The notes below the pieces were generated by a model. The model saw only the letters and a program-made list of their open reading frames with translations, had not been told where the DNA came from and searched no databases. From an uncultured bacterium (lineage in GTDB: Bacteria > Fidelibacterota > Marinisomatia > Marinisomatales > UBA1611), in contig CALSPG010000005.1 in NCBI GenBank assembly GCA_943788175.1, positions 256,001-320,000 of the forward strand: a stretch of 64,000 nt of DNA, written 5' to 3'. This document shows, piece by piece, positions 37,449 through 48,929 of this stretch. Position numbers and translations under genes: made by a program. Each line of letters begins with the position of its first letter. Position 1 is the first letter of the stretch.

Positions 37449-38375
37449 ATGAAAAAAAGAGTATTGTCACTATTATCATCTACCACAGAAATTGTTTATG
37501 CATTAGGCTGTCAAAGTCTTTTGGTCGGTAGATCACATGAATGCGATTATCCGAAATCGGCTTTGAAATTGCCTATATGCACTCAACCTAAATTTAATGT
37601 TAATGGCTCTAGTCGAGAAGTCGATGGTGAGGTAAAGTCAATTCTTCAAAATGCCCTTTCACTTTACAATATTGATGAAAATCTACTAAAAAAGTTAAAA
37701 CCAGATATTATTCTTACACAATCTCAGTGCGAAGTATGTGCTGTTAGTGAAAAAGATGTAATAGCTGTCGTTGAAAATATTACGGGGATTTCGCCATTAA
37801 TTATTTCCGTAAAGCCAAATTGTTTAGAGGATGTTTACAACGATATAATCACAATTGCAGAAGTGCTAGAAGTAAAAAACACAGGTATGGACATAGTCTC
37901 TTCTCTTAAAATGAGGATGAAAAAAACTATAAATTTTATCAATAATGAAGTGTCATTGAGTGTTGCTACTATTGAGTGGATCGATCCATTAATGGCTGCG
38001 GGGAATTGGGTACCCGAAATGATAAAAATGACTGGTGCAAAAAATCTTTTTGGGGAGCCAGGGAAGCATTCGCCTTGGATGAAATATGGCGATCTATTAA
38101 AAAAAGACCCAGAGGTTATTATTATCATGCCTTGTGGATATGATATCCAAAAATCTATTATTGAAATAAAGATGCTATCTAAGAAAAAAGATTGGCAAAA
38201 AATCAGAGCTGTAAAAAATGATAAGGTTTTTATCACAGATGGAAATCAGTATTTTAATAGACCCGGGCCAAGATTAGTGGAAAGTCTAGAAATATTAGTA
38301 GAAATATTGAATTTTAAAGAAAGTAATTTCAAACATAATAACACCGGCTGGATCAAATTCAACACTATTAACTAA
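37449..38375 (+). CDS. TroA/BtuF-like (cobalamin-binding family) substrate-binding protein, no signal peptide
   Basis: RVLSLLSSTTEIVYALG, VGRSHECDYP, EWIDP, FNRPGPRL. Confidence 0.85.
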   Translation: MKKRVLSLLSSTTEIVYALGCQSLLVGRSHECDYPKSALKLPICTQPKFNVNGSSREVDGEVKSILQNALSLYNIDENLLKKLKPDIILTQSQCEVCAVSEKDVIAVVENITGISPLIISVKPNCLEDVYNDIITIAEVLEVKNTGMDIVSSLKMRMKKTINFINNEVSLSVATIEWIDPLMAAGNWVPEMIKMTGAKNLFGEPGKHSPWMKYGDLLKKDPEVIIIMPCGYDIQKSIIEIKMLSKKKDWQKIRAVKNDKVFITDGNQYFNRPGPRLVESLEILVEILNFKESNFKHNNTGWIKFNTIN

Positions 38376-38379
38376 TTAT

Positions 38380-39216
38380 ATGGGCATAGAAAAAAAAATA
38401 TCTTCAAAAGAAGTAGGTTTAGAGATCGGGCTAGTTTTAAGCAAGTTCTTTTTTAAGACTGAACATCTACATTTTGGTTTTTGGCCTGATGATTTGGAAA
38501 TATCTATAGATAATCTTAAAAAATCTCAAGATTACCACTCCGCAAAAATAATAGATTCAATTCCAGACGGCGTTCAAACTATCCTTGATGTTGGAAGTGG
38601 CTCTGGTGGACTAGCAAAAAAATTAGTTAATAGAGGCTATGAGGTAGAGTGTGTTTCCCCAAGTGATTATCTATCAGAAGCCATTGAAAAAAAACTTAAA
38701 TCAAGTGTTAAAGTTCATAGAAATACTTTTGAAAATTTAGAAGTTAAAAAATCGTTTGACCTAATTCTTTTTAGTGAAAGTTTTCAATATGTAAATATTG
38801 AAAAAGCGCTTAATAAAATCCCGGGATTAGTAAATGAAAATGGATATCTTTTAATTTGTGACTTTTTTCGGCAGCCTGGCACTGGTACAAAGCCACTAGG
38901 CGGAGGGCATGATTGGAAAGTTTTTCTAGAACACTTAAGCAACCATTCTTTTCTTAATTCTCTTGATATTGATATTACAAAAGAAACAGCTCGAACTTTT
39001 GATTTAATTAATAAAATAGTCGAAGAGGTGGCAAACCCAATTCGTGAACTTTCTTCAAAGTATTTAGGCAGTCACTATCCAAGGGGGATGAAAATCTTAA
39101 ATTGGTATTTTGACAAAAAGATAAGAAGATTGAACCGAATTTATTTTTCAGGAAATATGACAGGAGAAATGTTTAACAAACTAAAAACATATCGAATTTT
39201 AGTTTATAAACTATGA
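38380..39216 (+). CDS. Class I SAM-dependent methyltransferase
   Basis: HLHFGFW, ILDVGSGSGG, FSESFQY. Confidence 0.85.
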   Translation: MGIEKKISSKEVGLEIGLVLSKFFFKTEHLHFGFWPDDLEISIDNLKKSQDYHSAKIIDSIPDGVQTILDVGSGSGGLAKKLVNRGYEVECVSPSDYLSEAIEKKLKSSVKVHRNTFENLEVKKSFDLILFSESFQYVNIEKALNKIPGLVNENGYLLICDFFRQPGTGTKPLGGGHDWKVFLEHLSNHSFLNSLDIDITKETARTFDLINKIVEEVANPIRELSSKYLGSHYPRGMKILNWYFDKKIRRLNRIYFSGNMTGEMFNKLKTYRILVYKL

Positions 39217-41683
39217 TAGCTCATTTCTTAAAAAATGGTTTTATTCGACAAATTATTTTTTATGGAGTATTAATACTAATATGCACGTATAATAATTTAT
39301 TTTCTCAATCCGTCAACGGGTTTGTCAGAGAATCTTCTTCCGGGGAACCAATTTCTTACGCGAATGTTTTTTTAAGTAATACTGTATTAGGGGCAGCGAC
39401 CACCAGAGATGGATATTTTGTATTATCAGATATCCCACCTGGGAAATATGTAATAAATGTTACAATGATTGGTTACAGCATTTTTAAAGAAGACATTGAA
39501 ATTAATGACTCAACTTCTCTCAGGTTAGATATTCGATTGAAAGAAGAAGTGCAATTAAGGCTTCAGAGGTCGTTGTTACTGCTGAAAGGCAAAAGTTTGA
39601 AAGAGCTATTGAAAGTAGTCAAATATCATTAGACCTGAGAGAAATAAATTCAGCCCCCGCGTTTATAGAGCCTGATGTCTTTAGAACTCTACAGATGCTT
39701 GCCAGGGGTGCAAGCGTCAAGTGACTTTTCCAGTGCGCTATATGTTAGAGGTAGCACTCCTGATCAAAATTTAATTATGTTAGATGGAATAGCGATTTAC
39801 AACCCTTATCACCTGGGAGGTATTTTTTCTACGTTTAATACAGATGCAATTAAGGAAGCGGATTTCCATGCTGGTGGTTTCCCTGCTCGCTATGGAGGAA
39901 GAATGGGCGCTATCTTAAACATTATAAACAGGGAAGGGAATGTAAATGAAATTAAAGGTGCGGCAAATATCTCTCTAATCTCCAGTAAAATCTTATTGGA
40001 AGGCCCAGTCCCAAAGTACAAAGGGATGAAAGGATCTTGGATGATATCTGGGCGCAGAACATATTTTGATAGAATAATTAAAGCATTAAAAATACCTCTA
40101 AGTAAAAATGAAGATGGCTCGAATAATTATTTCGAATTTCCTTATTACTTCTATGATTATCAATTAAAAGCGAATTTGGACATCAATGCGAACCATCGCC
40201 TCACCTACTCGCGTTTTTATGGCGATGATGTATTATATTATGACTTTGATGAAACCGACAACTATAGTGATTCAAATGTTAATGTTAATCAGGATTTTCA
40301 ATTTGGTATAGATTGGCCATGGGGCAACAAAACTAACGGCTTGACATGGAGGTGGATTATGTCTCCAGAGCTTATATCCAAGACCTTCATTTCTAATAGC
40401 TACTATAGATTTAATTTTAACTTAGGCTTCGATCAAAAGAACACATATACTTATTCAGACTCTGCAATTGCTGTATTTCAAAATATTGATTATAGTGTTT
40501 TTGATAAAATCAATGACAACACTATTGAAACAGAAATCACCTGGAAGGCTGATGATCGTCATGAAATTACTGGTGGTTTCCAGTTTAAAGATGTTAGCTA
40601 TGATTTAGGCATAGGCATCGGTATTGAAACACAGGATACGGTTTTTAATTTTTCCCCATTAGGTTTAAAAAACAAAACGCGCGAAACTTCACTATATGCG
40701 CAGGATAAGATTAGTTATTCTGACAAATTAAAACTTCAATTAGGGTTTAGAGCTACAGATTATAATCTCCACAATAAAATTTATATGGACCCAAGAATAG
40801 GTATTAAGTATCATTATAATTCAGACTTAGCATTGAAATTAAATTGGGGTATCTATCATCAATTTCTAACCACTGCCAATAACCAAGATGAAAACCTTAG
40901 ACTTGTTGAATTATGGATGGGGATTCCTGCAGACAAAGATGCTAGTGTATCGCAACATTTTATAAGCGGCATTGAATACATGTCTCCAAAAAATATATTT
41001 TATCGTTTAGAGCTATACAGTAAATCATTTGATAATCTTCTAACTGTTAAGCAAGATAATCCGAATACTATTGAAGAAGGTATCTTCTGACTCTACGATA
41101 AATGAATTTTGGGATACAAAAGGAAATAGCTGGGGGGTTGAATTTCTACTTAAAAAATCTTCGGGTAAATTAAATGGATGGTTAGGATATACCTACGCAG
41201 AAGCTAACTATTTTAATGAACCCAGCGGTTGGCATCATCCTAATTTTGATAGAACCCACACCGTTAATATCGTTGCTAACTACGATTTAACTCCTGAAAT
41301 ACAAACTAACTTTGGGTTAACAATGTCAAGTGGGAATCCATATACAAAAATAATGGGTAGAGTTTATGACTGGCAGCAGAAGCCTTGATAGTGATACATA
41401 TTGGTACCCTGTTGATAGTTATATTATTGGTGAGAAAAACACTGAAAGGTATGATGATTATTTTAGAATAGATATTGGGATGACTCGCAAAAAAGGTAAT
41501 TTATTTGGGGTCAACTATGATACATATTGGCAAATTATGAATGTAACTAGACATTTGAATATTCTTAGTTATGCATACAGAACTAAAATTGACCCTTGGA
41601 CTGGTAATCGTACGGGAGTGGAACGCAGGGCTATTCCAATGTTTCCTCTAATCATCACATTTGGAATTAAGTTTGACTTTTAA
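39213..41683 (+). CDS. TonB-dependent receptor, split by four frameshifts (about 39550, 39698, 41080, 41380)
   Basis: Fragments join into EVVVTAE...EPDVFRTLQMLPGV...VRGSTPDQNL...FDRTHT...FGIKFDF. Paralog of 23304..25664. Confidence 0.85.
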
Positions 41684-41706
41684 GCGAATATATCACCCGA
41701 GCTTTA

Positions 41707-42770
41707 ATGGTTTTTTTACTACTCATGATAAGTTGTATTGGAGTTAATAGACAATGGGAAGAAGTAGAATCCGACTACGATCATGTATTAAATGTCTTCG
41801 GGATCTTGAACCTAGACCCTGGTTATTCAAGTTTCATAGGCCTTTATAGAACAACCAATTTGAACGAAGTTTCACAAAAGTTTTCAAGAGTTGACACGCT
41901 ATATTATTGTGATTGCGCGAGCGATGAAGGTAAAGAAGGCGATAACTGCTGGTGTGAAGATGAAAACGGTTATTGGGTTGTAGATTCCATTTTCGAACCA
42001 GCTGCAATTATAAAAGATGCTTCTATACACATTACCGACGACTTAGGTCAAAGTTTTGAATTTAATTTCATGGAGAATTTGACTAGAATTGATTCTTTGA
42101 ATATTGACACGACACTTAACATTGATGGTTATGTTATAGAATTAGATACAACTATTTTTGATACGAATAATATAAGATTAAATTTTTATGTTGACACTAC
42201 AGGTTATTTTAAGCCAGAACCTGGAAGGGAGTATGGTCTTAGTATAACAGCTCCTGGTTATAACTCTATATCGGGTAATCTTAAAACGCCACTCAGAACA
42301 AAGATTAATTCGGTTTATCAAAGGGGCAATTTGATTGATACAGTCCTTGTTAATGAGCCTTTTGAAATTAGCTATGATTATCAGGAAATTGGAAGAGCAC
42401 TCGTATCAGGCCAAGTATTGTTAGGCGACGTGCGCGGACTGAAATAGCACTAGTTCAGGCTGGTGTGGGGGAGAGTTCGACCCTTTTATGGTAGACTTAG
42501 ATGACGGGGAGCTTTATAAACAGACAATTGATCCATGGATTTGTTTAGAGCAAAGTGAGCTAGGGAAGGCAAAAGATTACGTTCTTGCGTCTGACTTCAA
42601 TGGATAATAATTATTATGATTATTTCGTCGTTGGGGAATCAGGTGAGTATTCAAATGCACTTCTTAATTATCCTACGACAAAAGGGCGGTCTGTTGGTCT
42701 AGAAGGCGGGTTTGGTTTGTTTGGTTCAATCGCTTCTGACTGGAAAGTTGTAAAAATAATTAGACGTTAG
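41707..42770 (+). CDS. DUF4249-like lipoprotein, split by frameshifts at about 42442 and 42581
   Basis: Lipobox MISC. The middle frame NSTSSGWCGGEFDPF...KDY is open. C-terminus GLEGGFGLFGS. Confidence 0.65.
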
Positions 42771-42775
42771 GCTTT

Positions 42776-42970
42776 CTAATTATCATACAGCCATTCAAAG
42801 AGTCCTTGTATCAGCATTGACCCTATTAATACGGATAATGAAAGACCTGCAGATTTCATCGGGTCCCCTGTCCAGAACCAAGAGCAAAAGAGTACCCAAG
42901 TAAAAGTGGCAGCTCGAATTTTTATAGATTTTGGACTAAAAATATGATATAAAAATCTTCTTTTTTTCAT
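42776..42970 (-). CDS. Small membrane protein
   Basis: 64 aa, basic N-terminus, two hydrophobic helices, non-overlapping position. Confidence 0.55.
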   Translation of the reverse strand: MKKRRFLYHIFSPKSIKIRAATFTWVLFCSWFWTGDPMKSAGLSLSVLIGSMLIQGLFEWLYDN

Positions 42971-43081
42971 TTAATATTTAGCATTAATGGTTGATTAAAT
43001 AGATTCAATCAAAAATGTAGATCTTATTATAGATAATCTAAAAAAAAGTATTTTAAAATTAAAATCAAATAAGAGAGAGAA

Positions 43082-43849
43082 ATGATGAAACTATTTTCTT
43101 GGAATGTAAATGGTGTAAGGGCTGCTACAAAAAAGGGCCTGTTTCAATGGTTAGAATATGAAGCTCCTGATGTTTTGTGTATTCAAGAAACAAAAGCCCA
43201 TGTCGATCAATTAACTGCTGAAATATTAACGGATCATGGTTATCATGCATCATGGCACTCAGGTGAGAGGCGCGGTTATAGCGGAGTCGCGACTTTTAGT
43301 AAGAAAGAACCTCTTTTTGTGCAGGAAGGTCTTGGTATTGATAAATATGATGTCGAGGGCAGAGTTTTATTAACAGAGCATGAAGATTTTTTATTATATA
43401 ATATTTATTTTCCAAATGGTCAAAAAGATGAAACGCGGCTAAAGTATAAATTGGATTTTTATGATGATTTACTTCCGATAATAAATGAGCAAGTTGAATC
43501 TGGTAGTAATGTGATTGTTGCTGGTGATTGGAATACTGCTCACTATCCAATTGATTTAGCAAGGCCGAAAGAAAATATAAAAACTTCTGGTTTTATGCCA
43601 ATAGAGAGAGAAAAACTAGATGATTATGTGAATGATGGATGGACGGATACTTTCAGGCTTTTTAATAATGAGCCTGAGAAATATTCATGGTGGTCATACA
43701 GAATGGGTGCAAGAGCGAGAAATGTTGGTTGGCGCATCGATTATTTTTTTGTTAATTCTGACTTTTCAGATTTATGTAAAAATGCAGATATTCACCAAGA
43801 TGTTATGGGCTCAGACCATTGCCCTGTTTCGCTAGAGCTTGATCTATAA
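43082..43849 (+). CDS. xth: Exodeoxyribonuclease III
   Basis: SWNVNG, CIQETK, GYSGVA, GDWN, GWRIDY, GSDHCP. Confidence 0.96.
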   Translation: MMKLFSWNVNGVRAATKKGLFQWLEYEAPDVLCIQETKAHVDQLTAEILTDHGYHASWHSGERRGYSGVATFSKKEPLFVQEGLGIDKYDVEGRVLLTEHEDFLLYNIYFPNGQKDETRLKYKLDFYDDLLPIINEQVESGSNVIVAGDWNTAHYPIDLARPKENIKTSGFMPIEREKLDDYVNDGWTDTFRLFNNEPEKYSWWSYRMGARARNVGWRIDYFFVNSDFSDLCKNADIHQDVMGSDHCPVSLELDL

Positions 43850-43896
43850 TTATTAATTAAACTATAAAATAACTCATTTCATTTAAATAAATCTTA

Positions 43897-45726
43897 ATGA
43901 ATAAATCGATTTATAAACGACTTTACAGCCTGGTTTCTGGATATTGGCCATTTTTAGTAATGTCCTCATTATCAGCATTTATTTATGTTGCATTCAATGG
44001 ACTATCTGTGTGGCTAACAGCTACTTTATTTAATAATATTTTAACTGATTTTGATGAGTTGCTCAAGAGTCAAATTTTATTATCTGAATCAAAAGACAGT
44101 TTAAATGGACAGTTAAAATTCTGGACAAATGAATTAATTCTTAGAGATACCGCGATTGAATCTCTTCGTGTTTTGTGTTACACATTAATTGGTTCATTTT
44201 TGATTAAAAACTTTTTTCTTTATATAAAGAATATCGCTCTTACATATATTCAGTTTAACCTTATCAAAAAGTTACGAGCTCAATTATATGCTCATTTACA
44301 ATCCATGTCATTATCTTTTTTTGATAAAAGGCAAACGGGCGAGCTTTCATCTATTGTTATTAACGATGTCTCAAATATGCGAGTAGCATTTGGGACTAGT
44401 TTCCATAAACTGTTCGTTGAGCCGATTAATATTATTGTTTTTATAGCGTTGCTATTTATAATCAATGTTAAACTAGCATTGTTATCAATTGTTATCGTTC
44501 CTCTAACAGGCGTAGTGGTAGTAATAATAGGTAAGAGTATCCGAAGGCGATCAAAAAGAACCGCTGAAAAAATTGCAAGAATAATGGGTATAATGAGTGA
44601 AAATCTTAATTCAATTAGAATCGTAAAGTCTTTCGCTATGGAAGCCTTTGAAACTAATCGATTTGAGAAAGAACAAGACCGGCATTATGCTCTAGATTTG
44701 AGGCAAGCGAAACTCCGTCTAATTTCATCTCCTATTACCGAAATGATTGGCGCTTTCATTGCTGTTATTCTTCTTTGGATTGGTGGTCATGATGTCCTGG
44801 TATCTAATGATATGAGTTCAGAAGACTTTATTCGATTTATTTTAATCCTTTTTAGCGTATTGCAGCCTATACGCTCTCTGAGTAATGTGAGTATTAATTT
44901 ACAAAAGGGCTTCGCTTCAGCTGATAGAGTATTTGATGTGTTAGATACGCAACCTTCAATAGTATCAAAACCCAATGCAATGAAAATCGATGATGTGAAT
45001 GAACAGATTACGTTTAAAAACGTTGGTTTTAATTATGAAGGAACTAAAAATATTTTGGAAAATATTTCTTTTTCTTTGAAAAAAGGAACAGTTACTGCTT
45101 TAGTTGGTGCTAGTGGAGCAGGTAAATCAACTATCGCTGATTTGATACCAAGGTTTTACGACGTTGTTGATGGTAAAATAGAAATTGATGGAATTGATAT
45201 CAAAAATCTGGATATTAATGCTCTGCGAAAAATGATGGGTATTGTTTCTCAGGAGACAATACTTTTTAATGATACCATTGGTGGAAATATTAAATACGGC
45301 CTCCGGAATGTAAATGACCAGCAATTAAAAAATGCTGCTAAAAATGCAAATGCCTTAGATTTTATTTTAGAGCAACCTAATGGTTTTGAAACGATGATAG
45401 GTGAAAAAGGTGTCAGGCTTTCTGGTGGTCAAAGGCAACGAATTGCTATTGCTAGAGCTATTTTAAAAAATCCTTCTATACTCATTTTAGATGAAGCTAC
45501 ATCCTCTTTAGATACTGAGTCTGAATATTTAGTTCAAAAAGCTATAGATAATCTTCTGGTTGATAGAACGGTATTGGTCATTGCTCATAGGCTTACTACT
45601 GTAGAGAATGCCGATACTATTATTGTGATGAAAGATGGCCAAATAGTAGATCTTGGTTCTCATGACGACTTGCTTAAAAAAGATGGATTGTACACCCGAT
45701 TATATAAAAAACAGTTCAAAAAATAA
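43897..45726 (+). CDS. msbA: MsbA-like ABC transporter (permease plus ATPase)
   Basis: TM domain plus GASGAGKS, LSGGQRQR, ILDEATS. Clustered with a GT9 gene. Confidence 0.8.
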   Translation: MNKSIYKRLYSLVSGYWPFLVMSSLSAFIYVAFNGLSVWLTATLFNNILTDFDELLKSQILLSESKDSLNGQLKFWTNELILRDTAIESLRVLCYTLIGSFLIKNFFLYIKNIALTYIQFNLIKKLRAQLYAHLQSMSLSFFDKRQTGELSSIVINDVSNMRVAFGTSFHKLFVEPINIIVFIALLFIINVKLALLSIVIVPLTGVVVVIIGKSIRRRSKRTAEKIARIMGIMSENLNSIRIVKSFAMEAFETNRFEKEQDRHYALDLRQAKLRLISSPITEMIGAFIAVILLWIGGHDVLVSNDMSSEDFIRFILILFSVLQPIRSLSNVSINLQKGFASADRVFDVLDTQPSIVSKPNAMKIDDVNEQITFKNVGFNYEGTKNILENISFSLKKGTVTALVGASGAGKSTIADLIPRFYDVVDGKIEIDGIDIKNLDINALRKMMGIVSQETILFNDTIGGNIKYGLRNVNDQQLKNAAKNANALDFILEQPNGFETMIGEKGVRLSGGQRQRIAIARAILKNPSILILDEATSSLDTESEYLVQKAIDNLLVDRTVLVIAHRLTTVENADTIIVMKDGQIVDLGSHDDLLKKDGLYTRLYKKQFKK

Positions 45727-45732
45727 TATTAA

Positions 45733-46857
45733 ATGAAGCCTCAAATTTCCATTTTGTTTGATGCTTATCATTTATATCATCTTGCCCAATTTGAGCCTTT
45801 AATGACTCTATTAGAAAAAGATGATAGGTTCGATGTTTATTATTCTACTTCAAGTGAAAACAGGAAAGATGAAATTGAACTATGCTCGTCTATTTTATTA
45901 AAGAGGAAAGGCCAGTTTGTTTTTCATAAAGATGAAAATATTCGGTGTGAGAAAATAAAAGATATTGGGCTCGATGTTTTTATTTGTGGTTGGTCTAGAT
46001 ATGATATTCATAATTATGTTAATGATAATACTCTTGTTGCAATGATCTACCATGGAATAGGTGTAAAACCTTCTTATTGGAATGATAATCATTCGAGGCT
46101 AGACCTTAGGTTTGTTGAAGGTGAATACAGGATAAATCAACTGAGAGAAAATGGGGTTAGTACAGATCTTTCATTGACAGGATATATAAAACTTGATCCA
46201 TTATTCAACAATGAAGCTTCTTCTTTTGAAGATAAAAAAAAAATGCTTGGTTTAAATAAATCTAGACCAACTATTTTATATGCTCCCACTTTTTACCCTA
46301 GCTCATTAGAAAAATTGGGAATGCAATTGGGTCATCTCACTAAAGAATATAATTTAATTATTAAACCACACATGTGGACCTATTATCTTGATAGCTTTGG
46401 AGGGGTAAATCTTAAAGGGCAAAGAAAATTAATTTATAATTTATCGGAAAAATTTGATCATGTAAAATTGTTGAGCCCGGATGAACATAATATTATACCC
46501 TATTATTCAATTTCAGATCTTTTATTAACCGAAGCGAGCAGTACCATATATGAGATGATTGCATTATCCAAACCAGTAGTAGTAAATAGGTTTTATCATT
46601 TAAAATTATCACACAGAATTTTTCAAAAAAGATTATATAAGCGAAGATTAAATCAAGAAATGAATGATGAAGTCAAAAACTTTTGCTTCTTGGCTGATAA
46701 TATCAAGCAATTGCCGTTTGTCTTAGATGAGGCCATAAAGCATAAGCATAAAGATATTGTTTCAATGCGAGAATATCAGAAAAAGATGCTATATAAGCTT
46801 GACGGTCAAGCCTCTAATAGGGCGAGAGATGAAATATTAAGAAGGTTAAAAAATTAA
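45733..46857 (+). CDS. CDP-glycerol glycerophosphotransferase (TagB/F) family protein
   Basis: IYHGIG, TGYIKLD, ILYAPTF, IIKPH, SDLLLTEASS, DGQASNR. Confidence 0.8.
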   Translation: MKPQISILFDAYHLYHLAQFEPLMTLLEKDDRFDVYYSTSSENRKDEIELCSSILLKRKGQFVFHKDENIRCEKIKDIGLDVFICGWSRYDIHNYVNDNTLVAMIYHGIGVKPSYWNDNHSRLDLRFVEGEYRINQLRENGVSTDLSLTGYIKLDPLFNNEASSFEDKKKMLGLNKSRPTILYAPTFYPSSLEKLGMQLGHLTKEYNLIIKPHMWTYYLDSFGGVNLKGQRKLIYNLSEKFDHVKLLSPDEHNIIPYYSISDLLLTEASSTIYEMIALSKPVVVNRFYHLKLSHRIFQKRLYKRRLNQEMNDEVKNFCFLADNIKQLPFVLDEAIKHKHKDIVSMREYQKKMLYKLDGQASNRARDEILRRLKN

Positions 46858-46862
46858 TATTT

Positions 46863-47948
46863 ATGATAAAAATACTCTTCGAAACACATCACCTTTATTA
46901 TTTACCAAACTTTGAACCAATTATTAATGAATTAAAAAAGAGAGGTAATTATGATGTCAATATATCTATGCCTCAATATATTAATGAAAGTGAAAAGGTC
47001 TTATTCCAATCCGCATGTAAGCTGTTGAAATTAAATATTATTTCTAGTCAAGATGAAGAATCAAGAATCGAGAAAATCATTTCCTCTAAATTTGATGTTA
47101 TTATTGTGGGTAACGTAGGTCAATTAAATAAGATAGTTTCAGAATCAACAATTGCTGTTATGGTCTACCACGGTATTGGCCTTAAACAATCTTACTACAA
47201 AGATATTGACGATAGGATTAATATTAGAGCTGTTGAGTCAAAGTCCAGACTAAATAAACTAATTGAGCAAGGACAAAAAAATCTTGCTCTTACTGGCTTT
47301 ACCAAGTTAGATCCGCTTTATTTATCAAGTGAAAAAGAAGACCATCATCTAAAAAGTGAACTTGGTATAAATAATGATTTTCCAATTATTCTTTATGCCC
47401 CGACATTCTATCCGACATCATTCGAAAATATATATCAAGAATTAGAGTTTATATCTTCTGAATATAATATATTGATTAAACTTCATAATTTTTCGTGGTT
47501 CCAGAGCCGTTATTCTTATCAGAGTAATCTTGCAACTAAAATAGCATTAAAAAATGAAAATATACATTTACTACCCAGCAATGTCTTTAACATTATTCCA
47601 TATTATAAAATTTCAGATGTTTTAATAAGTGATATATCGTCCACAATATTCGAGTTCTTGCCTTTAAATAGACCAATAATTCAGGTTGAATGTTTAAAGC
47701 TCCGATTCAGGCACAGAATTTTTAATAAAAGGTTTAAAAGAAAGTTGGATCTTAACAGGATGCAAGAGTTAGATTTTGTCTACAAAGTAGAATCGCCTTC
47801 AGAACTTCATAGATGTATTGTTTTTTCTTCAGATCATCCTGAAGAGATGTCAAAGTTAAGAGAAGAGGCTCATGATTATTACCTACTTAATAATAATGGA
47901 AAGTCATCAATAATGCTAATTGAAGAAATAGAAAAATCCTTGGCATAA
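46863..47948 (+). CDS. CDP-glycerol glycerophosphotransferase (TagB/F) family protein, tandem paralog
   Basis: VYHGIG, TGFTKLD, ILYAPTF, IKLH, SDVLISDISS. Confidence 0.8.
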   Translation: MIKILFETHHLYYLPNFEPIINELKKRGNYDVNISMPQYINESEKVLFQSACKLLKLNIISSQDEESRIEKIISSKFDVIIVGNVGQLNKIVSESTIAVMVYHGIGLKQSYYKDIDDRINIRAVESKSRLNKLIEQGQKNLALTGFTKLDPLYLSSEKEDHHLKSELGINNDFPIILYAPTFYPTSFENIYQELEFISSEYNILIKLHNFSWFQSRYSYQSNLATKIALKNENIHLLPSNVFNIIPYYKISDVLISDISSTIFEFLPLNRPIIQVECLKLRFRHRIFNKRFKRKLDLNRMQELDFVYKVESPSELHRCIVFSSDHPEEMSKLREEAHDYYLLNNNGKSSIMLIEEIEKSLA

Positions 47949-47949
47949 A

Positions 47950-48909
47950 ATGAAAATTGCAGTCTATAGTCCGAATTGGGTTGGCGATGCGGCCTTATCT
48001 CTTCCTTTTGTTTACCATATTAAACAAAAATATCCAAACTCTGAATTGATTATTATTTGTAAAGAATGGGTGCAGTCTGTTTATCAAAATAACCCAAATA
48101 TTGATAAAATCATTAGTATTGCGGTTACTGAATCTCGTGGAATAACTAATACATTTCGGTTAGGTTTTTTGTTGCGTAAAGAAAAAATTGAAATTTTTTA
48201 TACCCTCACAGATTCATTTAGAAGTTCTTTTGTGCTTTGGCTGTCAAAATCAAAAAAGCGGATTGGATATAACTCTCAAGGACGAGGGTTTTTTTTGACT
48301 TCAAAAGTAAAATTACCTTTAAAAAAAATCCATCGATATAAAAAATATTTAAAACTAATTGAAAAAGATGATATACCAATTGAACAGACTCTAATTTATT
48401 TTAAGAAAGAAGAAGTTGAATGGGCCAAACATGAAATCGAGGAAATTGGAATTAAAAATCCGGTTGGCCTTTTCCCATTCAGTGTTTCTGAAACAAGGAC
48501 GTTTCCAAATGAAAAAATTTCTGAATGGTTAAATGGTTCAAAAGAGAATTTTTTAATATTTGGAGCAAAAAATGATGGACAAAAAGCTAATGTAATAATA
48601 AATGAAAATAAAAATATTTCTATAGTGTCACTTTGTGGTAAGTACAGCTTAAGGCAAAGTATGGCTTTGATTTCTCTATGTAAATATGCTTTAGCCGCTG
48701 ATAGTGGTTTGGGACATATTTCATCAATAATAAAAGTCCCGACGATATCTTTTTTTGGCGCGAATAGAGCTTTTGTAACCAAGCCTCTTGGTAAGAGTTG
48801 TGTAGTCATAGATCAAAGTAATCGATGCAGTCCATGTAAAAAAAATATTTGTTGTCTTAAATCAATCCATAAGGATGATGTAAATTCGAGCATTAATTCG
48901 TTGATATAA
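47950..48909 (+). CDS. waaF: GT9 LPS heptosyltransferase II-like
   Basis: PNWVGDA, DSFRSS, DSGLGHIS, C-terminal CSPC...C. Confidence 0.82.
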   Translation: MKIAVYSPNWVGDAALSLPFVYHIKQKYPNSELIIICKEWVQSVYQNNPNIDKIISIAVTESRGITNTFRLGFLLRKEKIEIFYTLTDSFRSSFVLWLSKSKKRIGYNSQGRGFFLTSKVKLPLKKIHRYKKYLKLIEKDDIPIEQTLIYFKKEEVEWAKHEIEEIGIKNPVGLFPFSVSETRTFPNEKISEWLNGSKENFLIFGAKNDGQKANVIINENKNISIVSLCGKYSLRQSMALISLCKYALAADSGLGHISSIIKVPTISFFGANRAFVTKPLGKSCVVIDQSNRCSPCKKNICCLKSIHKDDVNSSINSLI

Positions 48910-48929
48910 GACTTATAATTTGAGGTGAT

